NCBI GenBank assembly: GCA_038087875.1
Contig: CM075992.1
Coordinates: 2,606,001-2,670,000, forward strand
Direction of reading: 5' to 3'
Source: Malacoraja senta
Taxonomy: Eukaryota
Length of the DNA: 64,000 nt
Below are positions 10,937 through 22,600 of this stretch, one piece after another. The notes below the pieces were generated by a model. It was not told the DNA's origin and searched no databases. It worked only from the letters and a program-made list of their open reading frames with translations. The translations under genes were made by a program, and so were the position numbers. Numbering within the stretch: the first letter of the stretch is position 1; the number at the start of each line of letters is the position of its first letter.

Positions 10937-13900
10937 ACTGCAAGGTAGCTTTAAATTCAGTTTAATTCTAATCCAAAATATATTAGAAAGCTTTTGCTTT
11001 AATCCTTTGATGCATGGTAAACGCAGATTGAGAATTGGGATGGAGACTTTCACACTTTCCTGCACAGTTCTCTTGCAATGCAAATGTTTTTAAACAGAAG
11101 AACGCTGTGAGGCAAATGTTTTTTTCCTCTATTAACCTTTTTTTTGTGGGTCACAGTTCTCAGCCTTCTTGTTTGCAAGTGAAAAAAGGAATCATTCTCA
11201 CTCTTCAATGCCGTGCCAGCTGGGATTCCCAGTTACAAGGCTGTGCCCTGAAAGGAGAGGGTGTTGGTAACATTGACCCACTTTAAATTAAAGTGTGATC
11301 CAAGTTCCCAATACCTCTCAAGATGTCTGAAACCCAGAAGGAGGAAGTTCTCTCCAGTCTGCTCTGCCAAAAAAAAGATTCTCAAAGGATTAAAACTTCC
11401 TAGTGTTATCCAAGAACTTTTCACACAAAATACAAGGAGACTGTTTGGTTTACGAGTACTGCATTATCGTGCGGCACTGTGCGCTTTAGGAAGGCCTGCG
11501 TTAATTCTGTTAGAAGCTGGACTATCTGTACACAGATAGACAGCATCAGAAGAGGAAGTGTGAAGGAGTCTGCACCCATCTCAGCCACACAATCAAACCC
11601 CAGGCCGCTAGATCAGCTTGTGATGATGCAGACATTTACTGGGATGCAATTCGAGCGCCAGGCATGCTCAAGAATCTCACCTGTGAGATAAAGAGGATGG
11701 TTTGCATCTGATATTTATGCACAAGTTCCAGGGGGGGGGGGGGGGAAATTAGGAATGAAAAACAGTTACTTTCTCCTTTCCCAGAAGTTCCAAAGCTTTA
11801 AGCGAATGGATCCTGGGATTTTCCAGATCATTCATGGATCGGTACCATTCATGACAGTGCTGCTAAGGCAGCTAGAAAGTAATTTGAACACTATCATTTG
11901 GACGCTATTGCAGACAGGCCTTACTAAATCCACACAGCTGGAACAGTTTTCAGTAGTGCATGCACAGTAGCTTCAGGAATGACAAGCAGAATACAAATTC
12001 CATTGAAACATCGACAGTGATAAAATCAATTTGCTCTCAGACAAAGCAAGGGCTGTTTGCTGGTTGAAGCAGATGGATTGTAACTTCCATCCAATCTCAC
12101 AGTAATATAATTCTTCATTTCATGTCTATAAATAGAGCAAAAAAAACTATGCACATGATTTTCCCCAAATTCTAGCAGCATTAAATTTGCATGAAACGCG
12201 AAAGTCTGAAACTGAGATGAGACACACACACACACACACACGTTTAACCAACCCTGGATATTAAAGATTCAATTATCACATCATGACTCAATCGCAGAAT
12301 CGCGCAAGAGTTCAACAAAATGGCTTGAAGAATACAGGCTGTGCTAGGAAGGTAATTGTTTCAATACCTGGTCTAGTCTGTATTGTACTGCCTATGGACA
12401 GTGGTACAGGATCATCTGGGGAGTGCAGTAAAATGGCCCTAGATTACTGTCTAGTCAGAGACCCTTGCCTGAAGTGCAAGCTCCCAATGCCCGCCGCAAT
12501 TAAACAGTCTGTCAGCACTCACCAATGCAATTCACACCAAGGATACAATGATTCACACCTTCCGTTGAGAACAGAGGGAAGGGGCAGAGGAACAACCCAG
12601 CAAGAAGCAATCAGAGGCTGGAAGGGGTGAAGTAGGCAAGGTGCAAAGAGCAACCACAAATAAAAATTAATCATGGCGAGGACTTCCGACACAGGAATAG
12701 GAGTTACAAAAAACTAAACTCTACAAGGATGCCCCCCTGCATCCCTCACTCTGCTCTTTCTAGCACCCATTTACAAATGACTCTTGCACAAGCTCGCCAA
12801 CTCTTCCAGACAACAGTCACAGCACTAACCACTGCAGAATCTTCCCTCGGGTGTCCTGAATAGGGAATCACTACCTGCAAAGCCAAGTGTGGTAAACAAT
12901 ACACTCAGCATGGTTTATCAGTGTCAGGCTGCACACAATGGGAAAGACACCAGTATACGAGTTGGCTCCAGTATTAAAAGAGCATTCAGAATATACAGGG
13001 AGGAACCAGTACTGGAGAACACTCCTGCTGTGGGATTTTCAATAGAGGCATTTCAACTGCACACTTCGGTAAAATATTCTGCATTTATCCAGCAGCATTT
13101 CTCGCGAAGGAAAGTATTTTTGGTTCAGTCAATTCCACTGTGTTAATGACTGTAGTTACATGGGTAAATATGGCAGGACCTTGGGTATGAGGTGCCACAA
13201 GCAGCAAGAGATACTCAATCTTTAATGAGGGGAGAACGGCAGCCAGGATGCAGGAGAACTCTTCTCTGAACAGTAACAGGGCTAATTAGGAGCCACTTGA
13301 ACAGGAAGCCACAAGAGTGGGGAAGGGTGAAGGAGGCAGGAAACGGAGCTTAAACATAAAATTATGATTGGGCAACGGGATAGATGTCAAAATTATTTTT
13401 TAGCGATAATCAACCTGATCTAAGAAGATGCAGCTATATTTTATATCTAGTTATCAGAGTAGAAATATCCCATATTAATACTAGAGTGTAAACCATTGCA
13501 GCCATGAGTTTGCACTCATTTGCATTTCTCATGTCTAATGTTGAAGCCATTTGCACGTCTCACGGGTGTCTCCTGCAGCAGCATCCTGACCCCGACTGGA
13601 TCTGGCTAACCAAATGACTGCACGTTAATGATATCATTGGCTCACCACCTTGCCAACGACAATATCTTTAACCTGCAGCCATTTTGGAAGATGGCCAGTT
13701 GCTTAAACAGAACCGATCGAATCCTTCACCCCTCCTGACAGTTCTGCAGTTTGATTAATTCCCTGAAGTTAAGTGCAGAAAAGCTGTCAGTGAATCGTAC
13801 AGTGCCTCATGCCTCACCACAGTGAAAGGTGCAAACTGTATCACAGAAAGACCACAGAAAGATCAATGTCCCTCTGCCACCCCCCCCCTCCCCCTCCCCC

Positions 13901-15597
13901 TACCTCGTTTAGCTCAGTTCATCTTTGTTATGGCAAAACAATTTCAAAATAAGATTCAAGGCATAATGGTTCTACTAAAAATCTGATACAAGTTTAAAAT
14001 ACTGCGCAAACAGTTGCCTTCTCTACCCTTGAAACAAATATTTGTTAACATGACACAAAGGCTCACCACTGAGGAGACATGATGGCCCACTACGAGATTG
14101 ATCCTGAGCTCTGCAACGTAGTAGTCAGCAGGTTTTATAACCCAAACCCACACCAGTAAACAGTGACATTACGATAAACCATCTTCGACTAAACACTGTC
14201 AAACTTGGCTGTTCACACAATATGGTGGTGATGGAGAGAATGCACAGCACTTCACAAAACAAGATGCTGAAAGCCAAAATCTCCACTGCACAGACCATTA
14301 ACTGATCTTCACCTGCTTGTCAACAACGCTCCACTGCCTCAGTCGTGAAATTGATCCAAAAGACATTACTACAAACTCTTATTTCAACCATTGTGGGGAG
14401 GGCAGAAAGATGGATTTAACAGACACAAGGAAATGCACATAGCTAAGCTTCAGAGGGAAGGCTTATTACAGCAAAGTAACGAGCAAATACAGAAATTGGA
14501 ACATACAGAATAAATAGTACAACTAAATATGAAATCAGACTGCTCTTACCTGTTAGGTCAATTAATCATCTAAGACAACACTTTTAGAGTCATTAGGATC
14601 AGTAGTGATGTTTCAAGGTCTGCAGTTAGCATTGACAGATAGCAGTAACAGGTTTAAAAGTACAGATCGTGCAGTGGGTGACACACAGGGAGCGGACCAA
14701 CCCTCAGATTCCATGCGATCTGAAATTCGCCGGCTCCAGGTTGTTCAAGTGCAAGAAAGCATTGTGAAACTCCCGTTCTATTCCAATGATACCTTGAACA
14801 AGAGCCACGCTTCGGCCACTGGTCTTCTGCATTGCCCACACCAACATCCAGTGGCCCGAATGAGATTTTAATGCTAGTTTGTGTCGAGTTAGAGGCAAGG
14901 CCCAGTTTGAATGCAGGCTACAGCAAAGAACACATCCCTGGACAAGCTTTGACTCTCAACTCATCACCAAGATAAATGTGAACCAGAACCTCCAGGTAAA
15001 AGGCAACAGAACCCCATTAACACCCAAAGTAAAATGTTACCAAAAAAGAAACGGTGGAGCGTTAGAAATTAAAAAATGTCACTGCACTGCATCGGACTGC
15101 TTGTGTGGATTTGATAATAAACGAAACTATTTTTTTAAAAGTCTAATATTCGTTCCTTTGTTCATGGTAGGCCTCTTAGCCTACTATTTTATAAATAAAT
15201 GTACGAAGCAAAATAGATAAATTGTACCCAATCCGTAGAGAAATGTTTTGCCTTTCCGTTTCCCAAAATGAAGATGTGGTTTGACATTCACACAAAACAT
15301 TCAGGTCACAATTCTGCCAATGTAATATTGAAACAGAACGTCGTGGGGTAACTTAAAGAGTAGCAGCAAAGGAGTGCTGTAGTGCGGACAGCCTGTGTGC
15401 TGATAGGGTACATGCCGACACTCGAGTAAGAATGAATTGTGAATCCAGGTAATGTGGCTCACACACACATTGTGTGAAGGAGGGTGTCAGAAATCTGACA
15501 GACAGTGCCACGGGCTGATCCGTTTACCTGCCGAGGAGAAAACTGGAGGAATAAAACAAAATGGCTAATTCAAAGGATCCACAATCAGCCAAAAGGG

Positions 15598-15860
15598 TAG
15601 GAACTGCAGATGCTGGTTTACAATGAAGATAGACACAAAATGCTGGAGTAACTCAGCAGGACAGGCAGCATCTCTGGAGAGAAGGAATAGGTGACGTTTC
15701 GGGTCGAGACCCTGCTTCGGTCTGAAGAGGGGTCTTGACCCGAAACGTCACCCATTCCTTCAGTCTGAAGAAGGGTCTCGACCCGAAACGTCACCAATAC
15801 TTCTCTCCAGGGATGCTGCCTGTCCTGCTGAGTTACTCCAGCATTTTGTGTCTATCTTCA
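15598..15860. mobile_element. Palindromic Penelope-derived repeat with two tandem hammerhead-like motifs
   Basis: Inverted arms flank two head-to-tail CTGAAGA...GAAACGTC units at 15722-15749 and 15765-15792. Confidence 0.75.
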
Positions 15861-16433
15861 TAGGAATAAGGGGACCAGTTAATCGTCCTCAGTGCTCCTG
15901 ACCCGTGGATGCGAGGACGGGCAGGAATACCTGCCTCAACTATAATTTGAGCAGAATGGATTGCAACTACACCAATGGAGGAGGATCAGATTCAACAACC
16001 ATTCCTGTCCCTCCTAAGAAACCGAATCCCTCCATTGCTCAATAATTAAGATCATTATAGGTTAAGGATCGGGCAAATCCCAGTGCCAGCATCTCAGCAA
16101 CATCTGCATCAACTTGTTGCACAACCCGTTTCAATATCAGCCAGTCTGAAATTGCCAATGCCTCAGAGGCCCTGCATCAAGCAGACCCACAATCAACACA
16201 CAGAATGTCAGCACTATTATAAAAGGGAAGGAAAAGGCAACAAGATCATTCTTAGGAAGAGTTATACGAGTGTCGGAGTAAAAGTTACCCAGAAAGGTTG
16301 ATGATTGCCGTGACTCCAAGTCATTATGGAAAGACAACAGAATATAAATATCAGAACATTCAGAGAGGTTCCCAAGTTTGTTCCCTGCTGAAAGGCAGCA
16401 GGCACAGATATTTAATTGCAAGTCCATTGTTCG

Positions 16434-16616
16434 TTAGAGGAAAACAAACTCGTCAGTGCTGTTCTGCTTTGACTTCCCTGGTCTTTCAGACTTGGAGATT
16501 TGCACAGTAGTATCCGGTTTGCGAGTGCAGAGTTCATCCAGACCGTAATCCTGAGCACAGCCCTCTGCAAAGGTGAAAATAGGGTACTTCTCTTTCAAAG
16601 ACGAGGAACCCAACAC
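16434..16616 (-). CDS. ATG4D: ATG4D coding exon 10 ([19 protein letters not shown]...STDEFVFL*)
   Basis: Acceptor ctgtccttcag; 183 nt ending in TAA. Confidence 0.93.
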   Translation of the reverse strand: MLGSSSLKEKYPIFTFAEGCAQDYGLDELCTRKPDTTVQISKSERPGKSKQNSTDEFVFL

Positions 16617-19600
16617 CTGAAGGACAGAGGAACTGATGTTATTAAATTGAATTTGAATTGTCTGTAAATCGTTTCTGAGTTCTCAATGTGTCACAGATGC
16701 AATGGTTATGAACAGGTAGTTTAGATACTACTTAGGCATTGGGCTTGTTTTTCTTAGTTGAGCACCTATCCTGCTGTTACAGCACAAGTACTTTGTGTTT
16801 TTAACAGCAATTCAACAAAAATATCCTGATACACCCACTGTTTTCCAATCCAGTCCAACGTAGCTCCTTCAACAACATCCATGGCTTTTTACCAACATTT
16901 GCCTGACCTCCACCCCCACCAAGAGAACTCTGCCATTCATGAATAGCCCTGCAAGTGGAGCCTTATCGAGTGCCGTAGACTGCTTGCCAGAAGGTCAGCA
17001 CCCTCTATATAACATTAAGGGTGCTTTTCTTTTTGTCAAAACTGATCTGGTGCAACAACAGGCTTAAACACCACGGGTTCAAAACCCTGAACACATCTCA
17101 AGCTATTGGTAATTGAAAGGTAACAAAAAATGACTTGTTTACTTTAAAGCTAACGACTCCACTTACTGCTGCAATATCTGACCAGTTACACTCCCCCAAA
17201 TACATCCTTAGATACCAATACAAGATATTGCATCAATTACTTACTTACCTTTGAAACATTGTCACACAAATATTCAAAATCCTCCCTCGTCTTGGCATAG
17301 AATCCGATGGTACAGCTGGGATCCATCTTACTGAAGGACAGCTTTCTTGGAGAGATGCAGTGAAATGACTGTGGAACAAGATCAACCATTAATGAACAGT
17401 TCGCCACGTTGTACGTTACCTTGTATTTCAGGAGCACCATCGAAAGCAATTATCGGGTTGCATCACAGGGAACAGCGCCATCCAAGACCGCAAGCATTGT
17501 GGACGCAGCCCAGACCATCACACAAACCAACCTCCTTTCCATTGACTCCATTTATGCCTCACGCTGCCTCGGCAAGGCCAGGGTGCAACTCAAGGATGAG
17601 TTGCACCCTGGCCACTCCCTCATCTCCCCTCTCCCATCAGGCAAAAGGTAAAGAAGTGTGAAAACGCACACCATCTGATTCAGGGACAGTTTCTTCCCGG
17701 CTGTTATCAGGCAACCGAATCATCCTACCACAACCAGAGAGCAGTCCTGAACTACTATCTACCTCATTGATGACCCTCTGACTATCCTTGATAGAACTTT
17801 GCTGGCTTTACCCTGCACTAAACTTTCTTCCCTGATCATGTATCTATACACTGTAAATGGCTCGATTGTAATCATGTATTGTCTTTCCGCTGACTGGTTA
17901 GCACGCAACAAAACCTTTACATTGTACCTCGGTACACGTGACAATAAACCAAACTGAACTAAATGCCTCGAAGCACATCACCAATTAACATTTAAGGAAG
18001 CTTTGAGAAACATAACTTCTCTTAAATAGCAGATTAAATAAAGTAGTAAGCTCGCTATCCTGCCTGAAAAAAACCCGACCCAAATATCAAACTATGTTAC
18101 AATATAAAATGTCACTATGTCAAACAGCAAGTACCATTGTGAACCAACAACTTTCCATTCCTCTGCACTAACTCTGGTGCACTGTGTAATTAACAAGATT
18201 CAATTTTCTCTCTAATAATGTAGTTGTTTTATTTGTATAAACAAAGAAACCACTGTTTTTAAAATAGCACACCCATAAATGCCACAAAATAGTTTCGCTA
18301 ATGGGCCAGAAAATGAAAAACACCCTTCCAATGCCAAAACAGACAGCCTAATTCTGCTGTCATGATTCAGTCTATCTGGCTCAGTATCCTCCCGACATAA
18401 TGCTGGAGGAACTCAGCGGTCGGGCAGCATCTCTGGAGAAAAGGAATAGGTTTCAGGTCGAGGCCCTTCTTCCTCCTGCTCTACAATTCATTTGTCCTGA
18501 ATACCGTCTATATCTCTCATTCCCCTTTCCCCTGACTCGCAGTCTGAAGGGTCCCAATCTAAAATGTCATTTATTCCTTTTCTCCAGAGATGCTGCCTGA
18601 CCCAGTGAGTTACTCCAGATTTTTGCGTCTCTCTTCAGTTTAAACCGACATCTAAACCTCCCAACAGATAAAAATCTCAGCAACTGCTTGGCTAATGGAA
18701 ACTGGGTGAGCAGCAGGCATGGGCCCCGTCCTGCAGCAACAGCCAAGCATTGCTTACCTCCAGCGGGAAGTTGTATTTAGTTACATCCACAACCGGCTGG
18801 CAGTAGTGAGGGTCCAAATACAGCAGGAAATCATCTGTAAGGTAATGAAGGTATGAGACGGGAATTGGCTGGGATAGACTGGTAAATTGTACTTGAAGTG
18901 TTGACAGTGGAGATGCAATGGCGAAGATTTAAAGACCGCATGGATGAACTCATTCACCACCATTACTAGCTTCAATGGAGAATTGAATGCTCCAAGTGTT
19001 TTATCATTTGTGTAATGCAAACTTACTACATTCCCTCCCAGCATCTGCATGTTTGCCAGTTCTGCAGATGCGGCTGTTACTTCCAGCACTATTCCCCTGG
19101 TCCTGAGCCCCACACAAATCATTGTCCCTTCCCAGTCAGATGAAGAATAAATAAGATGAGAGCAGGCAGACACAAAATGCTGCAGTAACTTAGCGGGACA
19201 GGCAGCATCTCCGGAGAGAAGGAATGGGTGATTGAGTCTGAAGAAGGGTCTCGACCCGAAACGTCACCCATTCCTTCTCTCCAGATATGCTGCCCATCCC
19301 GCTGAGTTACTCCAGCATTTTGTGTCTACCTTCGATTAAAACCAGCATCTGCAGTTCTTTCTTACACATAAGATGAGAGCAGTGCTGAACTACTATCCCT
19401 GAAGAAGGGTTTCGGCCCGAAACGTTGCCCATTTCCTTCGCTCCATAGATGCTGCCGCACCCGTTTAGTTTCTCCAGCACTTTTGTTTACCTACTATCCA
19501 CCTCAATTGGAGACCCTCGGACTATCTTTGATCGGACTTTACTGGCTTTACCTTGTACTAAACTTTCTTCCCTTATCATGTATCTGTACACTGTGGTCGG

Positions 19601-22600
19601 GTCGATTGTAATCATGTATTGTCTTTCCGCTGACTGGTTAGCACGCAGCAAAAGCTTTTCACTGTACCTCAGTACATAGAAACATAGAAAATAGGTGCAG
19701 GAGTAGGCCATTCGGCCCTTCGAGCCTGCACCGCCATTTGATATGATCATGGCTGATCATCCAACTCAGTATCCCATCCCTGCCTTCTTTCCATACCCCC
19801 TGATCCCTTTAGCCACAAGGGCCACATCTAACTCCCTCTTAAATATAGCCAATGAACTGGCCTCAACTACCTTCTGTGGCAGAGAATTCCACAGATTCAC
19901 CACTCTCTGTGTAAAAAATGATTTCTTCATCTCGGTCCTAAAAGTCTTCCCTCTTATCCTTAAACTGTGACCCCTAGTTCTGGACTTCTCCAACATCGGG
20001 AATAATCTTCCTGCATCTAGCCTGTCCAACCCCTTAAGAATTTTGTAAGTTTCTATAAGATCCCCCCTCAGTCTTCTGAATTCCAACGTGTACAAGCCGA
20101 GTCTATCCAGTCTTTCCTCATATGAAAGTCCTGCCATCCAAGGAATCAGTCTGGTGAACCTTCTCTGTACTCCCTCTATGGCAAGAATGTCTTTCCTCAG
20201 ATTAGGAGACCAAAACTGTACGCAATACTCCAGGTGTGGTCTCACCAAGACCCTGTACAACTGCAGTAGAACCTCCCTGCTCTTATACTCAAATCCTTTT
20301 GCTATGAATGCTAACATACCATTTGCTTTCTTCACTGCCTGCTGCACCTGCATTCCTACTTTCAATGACTGGTGTACCATGACACCCAGGTCTCGTTGCA
20401 TCTCCCCTTTTCCTAATTGGCCACCATTCAGATAATAGTCTACTTTCCTGTTTTTGCCACCAAAGTGGATAACCTCACATTTATCCACATTATACTGCAT
20501 CTGCCATGCCTTTGCCCACTCACCCAACCTATCCAAGTCACCTTGCAGCCTCCTAGCATCCTCCTCACAGCTAACATTGCACCCCAGCTTCGTGTCATCC
20601 GCAAACTTGGAGATGTTGCATTTAATTCCCTCATCCAGATCATTAATATATATTGTAAATAGCTGGGGTCCCAGCACTGAGCCTTGCGGTACCCCACTAG
20701 TCACTGCCTGCCATCCTGAAAAGGACCCGTTTACTCCTACTCTTTGCTTCCTGTCTGCCAGCCAGTTCTCTATCCACATCAATACTGAACCCCCAATACC
20801 ATGTGCTTTAAGTTTGTATGCTAATCTCTTATGTGGGACCTTGTCGAAAGCCTTCTGAAAGTCCAGATATAACACATCCACGTGACAATAAACTAAACAC
20901 AACTACATTAAACATGAACACCTACCTTGATATCCAATGAAGTAAAGCGAGTGCTTTGGTTTCCCACCAATGATTCCAAGGCAACATTCAAGCTTCAGGA
21001 TTTCCTGCAAACACACAATAATTAGATGCCTGGTACACCTTAACAAGATCTCTGTGGAAGGCCACAAGGACACTGGGACAGGGAGATGCACCAGAGTACA
21101 TCAGCAGGGAAAGCGACAAGAACTGGAATCAAAAGGAGCAAGACAAATTGCCTGAAGAGCAGACACATGTCAGGGACACAAGTATTTATTCAGAACCATG
21201 GTATCAACCCAAATCCAGAAAAAAATCATGCGCACTTGAGATAAACCTTAATGTACACAGCATTTGAAAAGCAAAATGGCTATCAGAGCCGATGGGCGAG
21301 AAGGCTACGCATACACAATTGTTCGAAACATTTATAATCCAATATTAACCACTCTGTTTACCTTCACACATTGCATGTACACTGGGTTGAGACTTTCACC
21401 TCCAAGTCGAACAGGCACCAGGATAATTACAGACTTCCAATCCAAACCAGGAACTTTTCTACCCTTCAGTTGTATCTCACAGAGATTCACCACATCACCT
21501 GTGTACACTGTCACAGAAGGAGAAATAGATGCCAACTTCAAATATGCAAAGACAAGCATTCTCCTTAGAGTTACATTCCCCTCAATCATCGTGCAAAAGG
21601 TTATTAGCTCCACGTTCTCATCAAATACCCCAACACCCCTCCCCCCCTAATTCTACCACTCACCTGCACCCTCAAGTCAATTCAGTGGCCACTTAACCTG
21701 CCAACCCACGTGTCTTTGGATGTGGGATGAAACGAGAACACCCAGATGTTATACCAGAATTTTGCCTGAACAGTCTGTGACCCATGGCACTGTGACCGGT
21801 AGCACTCTATTTAGACAAGAGTTCCCAACCTGGGGTAAATTTACCCCCAGGGGGTAAATGTCGCCTATCCAGGGGTTAATTTGGTGATGTTTGAGAAGGA
21901 ACTGCAGATGCTGGAAAATCGAAGGTAGACAAAATTGCTGGAGAAACTCAGTGGGTGAGGCAGCATCTATGGAGCAAAGGAAATAGGCAACGTTTAGGGC
22001 CTAAACCCTTCTTCAGACTAATTTGGTGATTCTGGATTTGTACATATTTTTTCTCATTGACTGACTTTGTTTGGTTCTGGTATAACGGTATCTGTTCATC
22101 ATTAGTTGTTCATAAATAAGTGATATAACATTGTTATGTGCTATTAAGGGGGTGTTAATTAAATTTGGAGTATACAATGTTCTTACCATTGGTTTGAAAA
22201 CTACCAAGCGGAAATAGGTACCGATTCTCCAATTTCCTGTATCCATCTATCACTTGCTAAGGTATGTGCTGCCTACCTCTTTTCCAGCATTTCCCACAAA
22301 ACCTACCCCCCCCCCCCACTAGTGAAGGGTGCCGAACCAAAACGTGTCCATGTACTTTAGAAATATTGCCTGACCCAGTGAGTACTCCAGCACTTTATCC
22401 TTTTTTGAAGCCAGCATCTGCATCTGCCTCACTAGAACGTTTTTTTATATTGACTATAATTGTGTATTTCATAAACCTTGATAAAATCTGATATAATTAA
22501 AATTAAATGAATATACCTCTACCTGCAGTAAACTCAATTTAAAAGAGAGTTCTAATCTCACCAGGTAAGAAGTCGCGCAGCGCTCAATGTTTACACCTAT

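Noticed and set aside
12283..15220. ORFs of 85-115 aa in the repeat-poor block
   Set aside because: No recognisable motifs or consistent splice structure; lengths are compatible with chance.
20088..20858. Plus-strand ORFs over the CR1 element
   Set aside because: Antisense shadows of the RT ORF.
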